DNA from: an uncultured Thermodesulfobacteriota bacterium
GTDB taxonomy: Bacteria; Desulfobacterota; BSN033; WVXP01
NCBI GenBank assembly: GCA_964348095.1
Contig: CAYGBK010000065.1
Span: 56,847 to 120,846 of the forward strand
Reading direction: 5' to 3'
Length of the DNA: 64,000 nt
Both the position numbers and the translations under genes were made by a program. The first letter of the stretch is position 1; every line of letters starts with the position of its first letter. Below, piece by piece: positions 9,815-18,607 of this stretch. The notes beneath the pieces are model-generated. The model was given only the letters and a program-made list of their open reading frames with translations. It made no database searches and was not told the DNA's origin.

Positions 9815-10183
9815 TTAGCTTGCCGCCGTACGGTCCAGGAGGTAGCTGGTTAGGGTTAGTGTAAAACCGATACCCACAATAACGAAGAGGACGATCATGA
9901 GCGGGTCTCTGTAAGCAAAATAGAACGACGCAAGAGCGATTAGAATGATCGTGCGGACGATCAGGGTGGTCTTGTAAAGGGCTTCGACTTTGTGCCGTAT
10001 TAGCTGAACGATAAGTATTCCGAGGGATAACATCAGGATGCCGACCAGACGGACCATCACGTTGCTATAGTTTCCGTTTGAAAAAAAGAAGGTAAGCACC
10101 GTTTGCGGAAAAGCGAGGAAGCCCACTCCGCCGACCAACAGGTATCCAGCCAAATAAAAAAGGCTCAGTCCGGTTTTCCTCAT
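9815..10183 (-). CDS. Small integral membrane protein
   Basis: ATG at 10183 preceded by a GAGGAG RBS. Four hydrophobic segments. Confidence 0.55.
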   Translation of the reverse strand: MRKTGLSLFYLAGYLLVGGVGFLAFPQTVLTFFFSNGNYSNVMVRLVGILMLSLGILIVQLIRHKVEALYKTTLIVRTIILIALASFYFAYRDPLMIVLFVIVGIGFTLTLTSYLLDRTAAS

Positions 10184-10309
10184 GATCTGTCTCCTCTCTA
10201 TTGAATCATGCAGCCCCACCCTCCGCACGGTTGACTGCCGGCATTAGGCGTGCCTTGGGTGAGGAGGTTTCTCATGGAGCTTCGAACAATACGAGTCCCC
10301 ATGGAATGG

Positions 10310-10738
10310 TTATTCCGACGCAAAATTAGATCTGAATCGCTCTGGAACTCTCACGACCGTGTTTCTTTTGTAATCGAAGAAGGCAAGACCAGTCTTCACT
10401 CTGGCGATTTCTTTGCCTGTTTCCCTTTTTGTGATTCTGTAGATCAGGTCAAACCCATATCCCGTCATGTTATCCATGGCAACTTCGACTTTTAGGATAT
10501 CCCCGTAGAACCCCACCGATTTATAGACAAGGACTGCATCGATCATGATCAGACTAACTCCGTCGATGTTCGACTCGCTGAAACCATTGTGCTTCAGAAA
10601 TCTCAGGCGAGCCTCGTTGGTCAGAGAGAGGAGAGAGTCGTTACCGAGATGGCCGCCATAATTGATGTCATTTATGCGAACAGGAATCTCCGTAGAGAAT
10701 TCAAACCCTTTTGGTAATTCTAGTCGGATCCGACCCAT
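10310..10738 (-). CDS. Hotdog-fold acyl-CoA thioesterase (4HBT/YbgC-like)
   Basis: 142 aa. The pattern ...VRINDINYGGHLGNDSLLSL... is typical of 4HBT thioesterases. Confidence 0.7.
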   Translation of the reverse strand: MGRIRLELPKGFEFSTEIPVRINDINYGGHLGNDSLLSLTNEARLRFLKHNGFSESNIDGVSLIMIDAVLVYKSVGFYGDILKVEVAMDNMTGYGFDLIYRITKRETGKEIARVKTGLAFFDYKRNTVVRVPERFRSNFASE

Positions 10739-10782
10739 GTTGACCGGTCCCTTTCGTTGTCCACAGGGCGTGAACTATCTGT

Positions 10783-11424
10783 TCACGACTCTTCTGAAAT
10801 AGAGAGTCTCATCATTGGTCTGGTCTCTGAACGACGAGCTGCCTCAACAAAGCCAACCCTCTTGAAGGCCGAAGCGAGCCCTGTCCAGGCAAAGGCGGCG
10901 GGCATTCTGTCTTTCTTGGGCTCAACCGGATACCCTTCGAGAATGGTTCCTCCTCTCTCTTTGACATAGCCGATGGCCGCCGCTAAGAGATGGACACTGA
11001 GTCCTTTGTTGCGATATTTCTTGTCGATGAAGAAACAGACAATGGACCAAACCGGTTTTTCGTCGATTTTTTTCAAAATCCGGGAGCGATTTAGAGTCGG
11101 AAAACGATCACGAGGTGCCACCGAACACCAGCCGATAGGGTCATCTCCAGCATATGCCAAGATACCAGGCACCTCGCCAGAATCGACAATCTTCTTTATT
11201 GCTCTGCGGTTGCCTTCGCCCTTCTGGCGCTCAAACTCAGAGCGTCTTAACCGCCACCACATGCACCAACAGCCACCACAGGCACCGCGCTCGCCAAATA
11301 GCCTCTGAAAATCTATCCACCGGTCGCGGGTGAGCGTGTGAAATTGTAAGGCTAGCAGGTTCTCTTTTGTTCTATTACCCATAGCGAGACCCTGGTTGGC
11401 ACCCTCAAAAGGTTTTCTCCTCAC
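10783..11424 (-). CDS. GNAT family N-acetyltransferase
   Basis: C-terminal acetyl-CoA-binding-like region ...IDKKYRNKGLSVHLLAAAI... plus the CGGCWCMWWR motif seen in a GNAT subfamily. GTGA overlap with the upstream gene. Confidence 0.65.
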   Translation of the reverse strand: MRRKPFEGANQGLAMGNRTKENLLALQFHTLTRDRWIDFQRLFGERGACGGCWCMWWRLRRSEFERQKGEGNRRAIKKIVDSGEVPGILAYAGDDPIGWCSVAPRDRFPTLNRSRILKKIDEKPVWSIVCFFIDKKYRNKGLSVHLLAAAIGYVKERGGTILEGYPVEPKKDRMPAAFAWTGLASAFKRVGFVEAARRSETRPMMRLSISEES

Positions 11425-11951
11425 CCGGTCAAAACAGAATTCACGGAGTATCTTTGTTCCTCCGGAGAAAAAGTGACTTTAATGACGCATCGGCCATCCC
11501 CTTTCACGAGGCTCTCCTCGATCTCGTGAATGGGCTTGAGCCCCAGGGCCTTCATCACTCCGTCTCTCAAACCCTGGCAGCCGCACCTATAACCGTCTGA
11601 CATGTTGGCCTTGTTGACAGAATCATAGGCATGACATCGGGTTCCCGTCCAGATCGCCGTGTTTTCTTTGAATTCGATAGGCTCGTTGATGTAAAGATCA
11701 TCAAAAAAAGCGTTCTTCCATACGGTCTTGAAAATGACCATCAGATCCTGGATTGAGCGGGGTTTCTGAATGACTTTTTCTCGGAGAAGCCTGAGGGTGA
11801 GCATCCGAAATATCTTTTCAGTAACCTCGAGGTTCAGACGGTTGGCACAATCTGTTCCTATTTCCCTGACAAGCGCGGCGTGCCAGAAAGAGTCGTGGAG
11901 CCACCAGAGTTTATTGAAAATGTCTTTCGATCTCAGTTTTGGTATAGCCAT
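11421..11951 (-). CDS. Uncharacterised Cys-containing protein, paralogue A (DUF6125-like by recollection)
   Basis: 176 aa. Clearly paralogous to 14879..15382: shared W..HD..W, N..V..K, C.A...Y.CG...G...A.GL and C...V.F. Confidence 0.6.
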   Translation of the reverse strand: MAIPKLRSKDIFNKLWWLHDSFWHAALVREIGTDCANRLNLEVTEKIFRMLTLRLLREKVIQKPRSIQDLMVIFKTVWKNAFFDDLYINEPIEFKENTAIWTGTRCHAYDSVNKANMSDGYRCGCQGLRDGVMKALGLKPIHEIEESLVKGDGRCVIKVTFSPEEQRYSVNSVLTG

Positions 11952-12234
11952 AGACCCTCCCCGATTTTTGCAATTCTAATTTAGCCTGATAGGGGCACCA
12001 ATGGCAACACGTCCAGGTTAGCCGTGCGACCCCACGAGACGGTAGGGCCCTATCCGTTTTCTCAACCCCAAATCCCTCGTCTGAGTCGACACATGGCCCC
12101 CCTGCGGCACGCGATCCACCCCTGGTTCCTTACAGGATAGACCTTTTCACTATCGATTTGATGTCGCTCCTGACTCTATGAGATTGTATAATGAAGGTTA
12201 ATCCCAAATTTTCTGCCTGGATGTGATCGAGCCG

Positions 12235-12969
12235 ATGAAACGCTGCCATACGGCCCTATTGCTCTTTCTGGTTTTTCCGCTCCTACTCCCCGTCAACTCC
12301 TGCGCACCCCGTAAGACCAAAACCAGTGTTGACCGTCTTTATGAGCTAGATCCTTCAGGGAGGCTTTACATTCACCCCAGACTTGCGACCAATCCACCTC
12401 GAATCATCGCTGTCCTTCCATTTCGCAGCCTCGTCGGAGAAGGCCGGGTGATGGGAAGTCAGAAACTATTCCTCGATTTGAGCGGCGAAAAAGAGGACTC
12501 CCTCACGCCGCTGGCCGAACAGATGCGGCTTGCCTTTTACGGGCAGATCTCTCAGCTACCCTTTGAAATGATCCATCCCAGCCGCGTTGACGCTCGGCTC
12601 AAAGCAGAAGGGTTGACCTCTTGGGATGCCATCAAAGCTGTCAGACCTGAAGCATTGGGGGATTTGCTGGCCGTGGATGGTGTTATCTTCGGGGAGGTCG
12701 TTCATCTCGACTACATCTATGGCATCCTATACACCCAATTGGCTGCAGGTCTCAGACTGGAAATGATCTCCACCTCCTCTGGTGAAACCCTCTGGCGATT
12801 CAAAGACACGCGACGGGACCACACCGTCCGGATCGCTCTCGATCCTGTCTCCCTGGCAGTTGGACTGTTCCAGGCTGGTTTTTCACTGAGAGCCGTCAAT
12901 ATGGCCAGGGCTATGGATGAGATATGCCGGGAGGCAGTCGCCACGATCCCATCCCCTCACTGGGAATAA
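12235..12969 (+). CDS. Putative lipoprotein (DUF799/GNA1162-like guess)
   Basis: MKRCHTALLLFLVFPLLLPVNSC signal peptide with lipobox, then an IIAVLPFRSL strand motif. Confidence 0.55.
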   Translation: MKRCHTALLLFLVFPLLLPVNSCAPRKTKTSVDRLYELDPSGRLYIHPRLATNPPRIIAVLPFRSLVGEGRVMGSQKLFLDLSGEKEDSLTPLAEQMRLAFYGQISQLPFEMIHPSRVDARLKAEGLTSWDAIKAVRPEALGDLLAVDGVIFGEVVHLDYIYGILYTQLAAGLRLEMISTSSGETLWRFKDTRRDHTVRIALDPVSLAVGLFQAGFSLRAVNMARAMDEICREAVATIPSPHWE

Positions 12970-13009
12970 TCGAGATCATGGACAAACAGGACAAGGGGCT
13001 AGGCACCGT

Positions 13010-13891
13010 TTACAGACACTCTTTAACCCGTCGAATAAGGAGTTCTAAACAAATATCGATGTTTTCGGGAGTGTAAATCCTCAGGGCCCCTCGGTAATAG
13101 CGAGAAAACAGTTCCCCTTTCATCGTTTCTTCATCTATACCATCATTCACCATGGTCCGGATACTATCGAACGCCGTTCTCGCGGACTCTAACGCTCGCT
13201 GGTAGAAGAGGTTCACCTCATCTCCACCCCAGATCGTTCCGTGGGGGAGGCCCAGGGCCCGGGTTGGAAAGCCCATCAGAATCTCGTTGGTCTGCACATA
13301 CCTATCGTACCCTTGAAAGAATATGGGGAAGATGTCTTCGTCCGATATCTGGAAGCCACCTGCATCAGACAGAAACATGACTCGATCCTGGGGCAGGTAA
13401 CATGCCACACTACAGGGACTGTGACCGGGTGCTGCCATAACCTCCAATTTCACGTCATTCGCAAGCTCTATGACATCACCGTCCCTGATAATCTGATCGA
13501 CTTCAATTCTGGTCGGCTTCTGAGGCGGCGACTTCATCGATAGGATGCCATCCCGAACCAGAGTCTCAGACATCTTTCCATCTTGGTCGAAAAAACTGGT
13601 GACAATTTTAGGCTTAGCGAGAACCTTTTGAGCCTTTTCGCTGGCGAGTACCTGCGCCTGGGGAAAGAATTCTCGCAATCTGGGGATACCACACACGTGG
13701 TCGAAATGGGCGTGCATGGCGACCAGGTATTTGACATTGGGCTTACTTTCTAGCTGTGACCACTGAGCCTCTAAACTGACAACCCCGCCGGTCACCCCGC
13801 ATTCAACAATGGCGGTTTCTCTTTCTCCAACCATGAAATAGTTGAAGTGGCGATTGCCCAACAGAAAAACGTTATCGGTCAGTTTCTTCAT
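13010..13891 (-). CDS. MBL-fold metallo-hydrolase
   Basis: HAHFDHVCG (H-x-H-x-D-H) motif. The ATG at 13891 avoids overlap with the upstream zinc-ribbon ORF. Confidence 0.8.
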   Translation of the reverse strand: MKKLTDNVFLLGNRHFNYFMVGERETAIVECGVTGGVVSLEAQWSQLESKPNVKYLVAMHAHFDHVCGIPRLREFFPQAQVLASEKAQKVLAKPKIVTSFFDQDGKMSETLVRDGILSMKSPPQKPTRIEVDQIIRDGDVIELANDVKLEVMAAPGHSPCSVACYLPQDRVMFLSDAGGFQISDEDIFPIFFQGYDRYVQTNEILMGFPTRALGLPHGTIWGGDEVNLFYQRALESARTAFDSIRTMVNDGIDEETMKGELFSRYYRGALRIYTPENIDICLELLIRRVKECL

Positions 13892-13919
13892 ATTGAAAAT
13901 CGCGTTCACAACCTGCGGG

Positions 13920-14198
13920 TCATTGCCATCTCTTGAGCCTTGGAATGAACTCACTGGCCATTGTTTGCGCCTGACTTTCTGGTATGTCATTCATTTTCGA
14001 CATGAACACAGAGACCCTCTTAATCATGTGCTCCATCGTGATGTTTGGGTCCGTGAATGCCCCTTTGTCAAAACAGAAACGGCAGTAGTCGTTCACCTTG
14101 AAACCGTCGGCATTGGAACCGAAATCATCTGGCTTTTCCATCGGCATGCCACAGCTCTGGCAAAAGGGCCCTTTTGGAAGATCCGGTTTCATCGTCAT
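13920..14198 (-). CDS. Zinc-ribbon (Zn_ribbon_2-like) small protein
   Basis: CQSCGMPM...DYCRFCFDKGAF pattern. 92 aa. Confidence 0.6.
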   Translation of the reverse strand: MTMKPDLPKGPFCQSCGMPMEKPDDFGSNADGFKVNDYCRFCFDKGAFTDPNITMEHMIKRVSVFMSKMNDIPESQAQTMASEFIPRLKRWQ

Positions 14199-14293
14199 AT
14201 CTCCTTTCCTCTCATTCAGGCACCTATGAAGCGATCAGGGGTGGTCCAAAACCGTGTCATGACTCGCGAATCACAATTCGGGCCGTGAGCCCA

Positions 14294-14824
14294 TCATCTC
14301 TGATCGAGTTGGCCCACACGAGCGTCCTCTATGAACCATCGCCCACCCCGAACTACCCACTCGTGGATTTCCCGATATGAGATTGCCGTGGGACTGACGA
14401 CGGCCCCGGGCAATTCGGCCATCTTTCCCCCTTCGAAAGGGGCGACGAGCATGGCGTTCGTCCTGGGATCCATTCCGTAAACGATAGTTGCCAGGACAAT
14501 GATCCCATCACGGCGAGAAAGTATGTTCTCTATGTGCAGGAGGCCTGGCCGAATAAGCTCTCTCTCCCGAGAGCCCGTCGACAGTATTATTCCTGGATCA
14601 ATGTCCAACTCGCGAGATTCGAGCTCCAGCATATGACCGTGGACTCGTCTCAACCGTTCTGATCGAAGATGATCAGGACGGTCCTTTGGCGAAGGGTAAT
14701 CGGCAAGGGCATTCCTCTCCTGAGGAATACTGAAGGCAACGCCAAAGTTTTGGGCCCCATAGTATGCCGTGATCTCTTGGGGAGGGTGGCGGTTAGTGCG
14801 GAAAGGAGAACTGGATAAAAGCAA
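14294..14824 (-). CDS. Hypothetical protein; possibly the frameshifted body of a secreted protein
   Basis: 176-aa ORF with a TTG start and no recognised motif. A signal-peptide-like ORF in another frame (14650..14871) overlaps its 5' end. Confidence 0.4.
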   Translation of the reverse strand: MLLSSSPFRTNRHPPQEITAYYGAQNFGVAFSIPQERNALADYPSPKDRPDHLRSERLRRVHGHMLELESRELDIDPGIILSTGSRERELIRPGLLHIENILSRRDGIIVLATIVYGMDPRTNAMLVAPFEGGKMAELPGAVVSPTAISYREIHEWVVRGGRWFIEDARVGQLDQR

Positions 14825-14878
14825 AAAGCGGCGCCGATCAAACCGCCCAAGCCCTTCATTCTTACCTCCATGGCGTTG

Positions 14879-15382
14879 TCAAAAGGAGAAATTCACCGTG
14901 ACCGTGCACTCCTGACCCCTGAACTTGAGACAGCGACTGAGATCGGGTTTCCGGGAATAATCCAGGCCCATGGCATCGAACCACCCCTCGATCCTCTCAA
15001 AAATTCCACACTCGTAATCCGCTAGGGTCCCTGCTTTCTCCATGCCTCGATGAGCGAAGCATTCTGAGATGTGAAAAACCTGTGCGTCGTCCCCTGGGTA
15101 CTCGACCTTAAATTCCATGAAGTCAGGAACAAAGACACGCCAGACCGTTTCAAACAGGTCTCGGTATTCATCCATCTTTCTCGGTGATCCGGCCTCGACG
15201 GCCTTCATTACTCTCCCGCATTCGATTCTTCCTAACTTTCTACAGACCCGGAGATTCATGGGGCTGGCCTCGGCCATCCCGAACCGTGCGGCCGCCTCCC
15301 CGTACCATAAGGCATCATGGGTCATCCAGTTCCGAATAAGCATCGATCTCAGCTCTTCTCTGCTAAAGGATTTTGGTTTCAT
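14879..15382 (-). CDS. Uncharacterised Cys-containing protein, paralogue B (DUF6125-like by recollection)
   Basis: 167 aa. Colinear similarity to 11421..11951. Confidence 0.6.
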   Translation of the reverse strand: MKPKSFSREELRSMLIRNWMTHDALWYGEAAARFGMAEASPMNLRVCRKLGRIECGRVMKAVEAGSPRKMDEYRDLFETVWRVFVPDFMEFKVEYPGDDAQVFHISECFAHRGMEKAGTLADYECGIFERIEGWFDAMGLDYSRKPDLSRCLKFRGQECTVTVNFSF

Positions 15383-15448
15383 GATAATTCATCCCTTTCA
15401 AGTCGTGTTTCTCAAGATCCTCGTCCTGGATCGTTCGGCCCGGGCCAA

Positions 15449-16507
15449 TTATCTCACATGGACGGTCACAGCGTGTTCCACGATGCCGTTATTTCCGTAA
15501 CCCAAGACATTCCAGTGGCCGTTCATCGGCTGTCGATAGCCATCAGAATCGGTCGCTCGTGACAGCAAGGTATGGTCTTTTTTCTCTGTCGCCGTCCATA
15601 CATACTGCCAGTGCCTCCAGGCGAACCGCTCATGGGGACCGATCAATGTTGCCATGTTCCAGGTCTTACCCTTATCGACCGATACCTCGATGCGCTCGAT
15701 ATTGGCATCGCTGGCGTACGCAACACCAAGTATAGTGATTTGCCCTGTCGAAACCTTTTCATCCTGCAGGGGCTGGGTGATGAAGGACTTGAGATTGAGC
15801 CTTGTCACGACCGTTCCTGATTCAGGGTCTTCTCCTTTCTGAAATATTCGGTAGACCCGGTCCATGTAGTGCCCCCCAAAGGGCTCTGCCAAGACCTTGA
15901 TTCTGTGTACCCATTTTGCACAATTAGCCCCGGTCCAACCAAGAGCCACCGTCCGCACAGGATACCCATGCTCCAAAGGCAAGGGCTCGCCGTTCATCTC
16001 ATAAGCGAGGATGGTCGAAGACATCGCCTTTTCCACCGGAATACTCCGGATGAATTTGATCCCGGAGGACCCAAGGGGCTCGTCCAATCCTTCAAAGGCC
16101 ACGTGTTTGGCACCCGCCTTTAGCCGTGCCTTTTCCAGCACATCCTTCAGCCAAACGCCACCCCACACTGCGTTTCCCACTCCGCCAGTGGTCCAAGGAT
16201 TTCCCGAGGCCTTCTCTTTGAAGAGTGAACGGCCATTACCGGAACATTCAATGGTATTGGCCACGATTGTCTTCGGCATGCGGATGATCTCATCGAAATT
16301 AAGACGTAGGGCCTTTCCCACCTCCCCTTCGATGATCAGGTCCCAATCGGAAAGAGGAATCGGCTCTTTCATGATTCCGCCCTGGTTCCTTGAGAAGAAC
16401 ATGGAATTGGCCGTGATCCATGAACGGAGACGTTCAGTTGGTGTCTCCGCATTCAATGGTTTCTCACTCATAACACGCAGGTTCTCTTTCATAGTTCTTT
16501 CCCCCAT
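15449..16507 (-). CDS. Sulfite-oxidase-family molybdopterin oxidoreductase (Moco-binding and dimerisation domains)
   Basis: ...PLNAETP...NSMFFSRNQG...ANTIECSGNGRSLF... is the typical SUOX-fold pattern. No signal peptide. An alternative ATG at 16492 has a better RBS. Confidence 0.8.
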   Translation of the reverse strand: MGERTMKENLRVMSEKPLNAETPTERLRSWITANSMFFSRNQGGIMKEPIPLSDWDLIIEGEVGKALRLNFDEIIRMPKTIVANTIECSGNGRSLFKEKASGNPWTTGGVGNAVWGGVWLKDVLEKARLKAGAKHVAFEGLDEPLGSSGIKFIRSIPVEKAMSSTILAYEMNGEPLPLEHGYPVRTVALGWTGANCAKWVHRIKVLAEPFGGHYMDRVYRIFQKGEDPESGTVVTRLNLKSFITQPLQDEKVSTGQITILGVAYASDANIERIEVSVDKGKTWNMATLIGPHERFAWRHWQYVWTATEKKDHTLLSRATDSDGYRQPMNGHWNVLGYGNNGIVEHAVTVHVR

Positions 16508-16625
16508 AATATTCCCACGTGAGGCTCAGAGATGGGGATCACAGCCGGAGTCACCCTTCAAAAATGAATTCCCCGGCTCTTCTCTATCTGTTTCTGCGAT
16601 GTGAAGCCGCAAAATCGGACCACTT

Positions 16626-16991
16626 TCACCGGGGTAACGCCACGGTTATGGTATTACCGCCGTATTCATGGGCCGAGTCGTGAGCCCGAATCGTCACCCG
16701 ATCAATCTCCTGTGAGATTTTCACCCCAGATAGGCTCCGGGTGAATGGCTGTTCATCGACATGCGGGTGGTAGAGGGTGCGAGTGCCGAGAAGGGCACCG
16801 CCTGGTCCCACCACATCCCACTTATTGGCGTAGTGTTTCCACCCCTCATCCTCGTGACGTACTGTCACGTCAAAACGATAGATGTTGCTACCCGTTTTCT
16901 CGACATCGACCTTAACGACGTCTGCCTCTCCACCATAGGCCGTAGTCACTGAGAGCAACAAAAAGGGGACAAGGAATATAAAAGGTCTCAT
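16626..16991 (-). CDS. Secreted His-rich small protein, unknown function
   Basis: Signal peptide MRPFIFLVPFLLLSVTTAYG. The mature part has RHEDEGWKHY, HPHVDEQ and HDSAHEY clusters. Confidence 0.6.
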   Translation of the reverse strand: MRPFIFLVPFLLLSVTTAYGGEADVVKVDVEKTGSNIYRFDVTVRHEDEGWKHYANKWDVVGPGGALLGTRTLYHPHVDEQPFTRSLSGVKISQEIDRVTIRAHDSAHEYGGNTITVALPR

Positions 16992-17062
16992 TGAATCTCA
17001 TCCACTCCTGAGTTTTAGAACCATCATCTGTGTCCGATTGACATCCTTCTTTGATCGGTCCA

Positions 17063-17491
17063 TCACTTGACCCTCGGAATGGCCTGGACTTTTAGCGTCA
17101 CCTCGCCGTATCCCAGGCAGTGAACCCCCGCGTCCGGGCACCTCACGTACCTCATGAAATGAAAACCATTGGGGTCATGGCCTTCACTCAATCTCTCATT
17201 GATGAGCGCGACAGGGATTGTCAGTTGTGAAATCAGATAGATGCACATTTTCCCGGGACAACGTTTCGTTATGAAATTACCGTCCACGTCCATAATGAGC
17301 TTTTGGCCTTTCTTATGCCCTGAATTACAGTGCTTTGCCTCAATAACCTCGGCCTCAATTGAGTATTGGGGAGCTGCTTGAGAGAGTTGCTTCACATGTC
17401 TGATTCTGTGCCCTTTGTCATGAAACGTCTCAAGCTCCGATTGAGAATACCCAACCCGTTGCCCGTACTTCTTGATGATTTCTTCGACCAT
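17063..17491 (-). CDS. Cys-rich protein (TIGR04076-like guess)
   Basis: ATG at 17491 with an AAGGGGA RBS. Conserved-looking HCNSGH, CPGKMC, CPDAGVHC. Confidence 0.5.
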   Translation of the reverse strand: MVEEIIKKYGQRVGYSQSELETFHDKGHRIRHVKQLSQAAPQYSIEAEVIEAKHCNSGHKKGQKLIMDVDGNFITKRCPGKMCIYLISQLTIPVALINERLSEGHDPNGFHFMRYVRCPDAGVHCLGYGEVTLKVQAIPRVK

Positions 17492-17547
17492 GAGATTTCC
17501 CCTTTTTGGCCTCAAAGTCTCGAGCTGAACGCCTGAGACAGATGACG

Positions 17548-18234
17548 TCAGGTCCGAGTGTCTTCATTTCGCTCCCCCACATAGCGATCAGGGTGTTCTG
17601 TAAATATCTTGGCGCAGGCAAAAGAACAGAAATAGTAGGTTTTGTCTCCAAATGGCAATCGTGCAGGGGCTATGTCCTGACTGACTTGCATATGGCAGAC
17701 AGGATCAAAAAGCTTGGCGCCACCTTCCTGACCCTCTGAGACAACCTCAAAAACCACGACCGGCTCTGGGATGTTCTTAAAGCGGATTGGTCCCAGGTCG
17801 TGAAACTCCATATCCTCGAGATTGCCAGCCAGAGCGACAACCTTTTCGGTACATAGGACTTGATCCCCTCTTGCATAGGAGGCGACTCGTGAGGCCAGGT
17901 TAAGTGCCGTCCCGAAGTATTGGCCGGCCTGCTTCAAGATGCTCCCCACATGGATCCCGGCGTGGATCGCCAGGAAGTAGGGTTCTCGTTCTATGGCGTC
18001 GCGGAGCTTGATAGCCGTTTCGAGTATGGACACAACATCGTCGCCGACAATGACGACTTCGTCACCGACTCGTTCCGCAAGGCGAGTGCCAGGAAACAAC
18101 GTCCCTTTAACGATCTCGACGTATCGGGTCACAATCGTGGCTGCAGAAACGCTTCCGTGTGCCTCGGTCAGGGCGTAGTAGCCAGACAGATCAGCAACCA
18201 AAACGACGCCTGTAAACTCTTTTGAATCAGCCAT
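17548..18234 (-). CDS. Class III adenylate/guanylate cyclase domain fused to a C-terminal YHS/TRASH metal-binding domain
   Basis: N-terminal VLVADLSGYYALTE...GDEVVIV...GTALNLASRV cyclase motifs. C-terminal DPVCHMQV...YYFCSFACAKIF YHS motif. Confidence 0.75.
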   Translation of the reverse strand: MADSKEFTGVVLVADLSGYYALTEAHGSVSAATIVTRYVEIVKGTLFPGTRLAERVGDEVVIVGDDVVSILETAIKLRDAIEREPYFLAIHAGIHVGSILKQAGQYFGTALNLASRVASYARGDQVLCTEKVVALAGNLEDMEFHDLGPIRFKNIPEPVVVFEVVSEGQEGGAKLFDPVCHMQVSQDIAPARLPFGDKTYYFCSFACAKIFTEHPDRYVGERNEDTRT

Positions 18235-18607
18235 TGCTTAGCTCCCCATCACTCATCTGGTGAATCGATCTAGTTCGGTCACCAACGTCTCGACTACCGG
18301 TATTGTGGGGTCATCTTCCGTCTGTGTATATTTTACAATAGAGCTCACTCTTTTCCACTGTTGCGCCAATAGACTTCAGTGCTGGTTTTGCAGAGAAGTC
18401 AAGAGGTGCGCCGGTGTTCGGCGGATCTGTTTCTCCAGTCGAGACAGGTCAAAAAATTCCCCCCCGGGGCACTTCGATCAGGATCCCCTGCGGTAGAAGG
18501 GCTTACCTTGACCGCACCGAGGCTCAGGGATACGGGTGCGATCGTATCAACCATGCCAGCCTCAGTCGTCGAAATCGTCCCTTCCTAAGGATATTCTTAA
18601 AACTGTT

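Noticed and set aside
18376-18554. Two short minus-strand ORF pieces in adjacent frames (MVDTIAPVSLSLGAVKVSPSTAGDPDRSAPGG... and ...EFFDLSRLEKQIRRTPAHLLTSLQNQH), joined at a G7/T6 homopolymer. I considered a frameshifted gene remnant.
   Set aside because: No recognisable motif, low-complexity first half, no RBS. It cannot be distinguished from non-coding spacer without a homology search.
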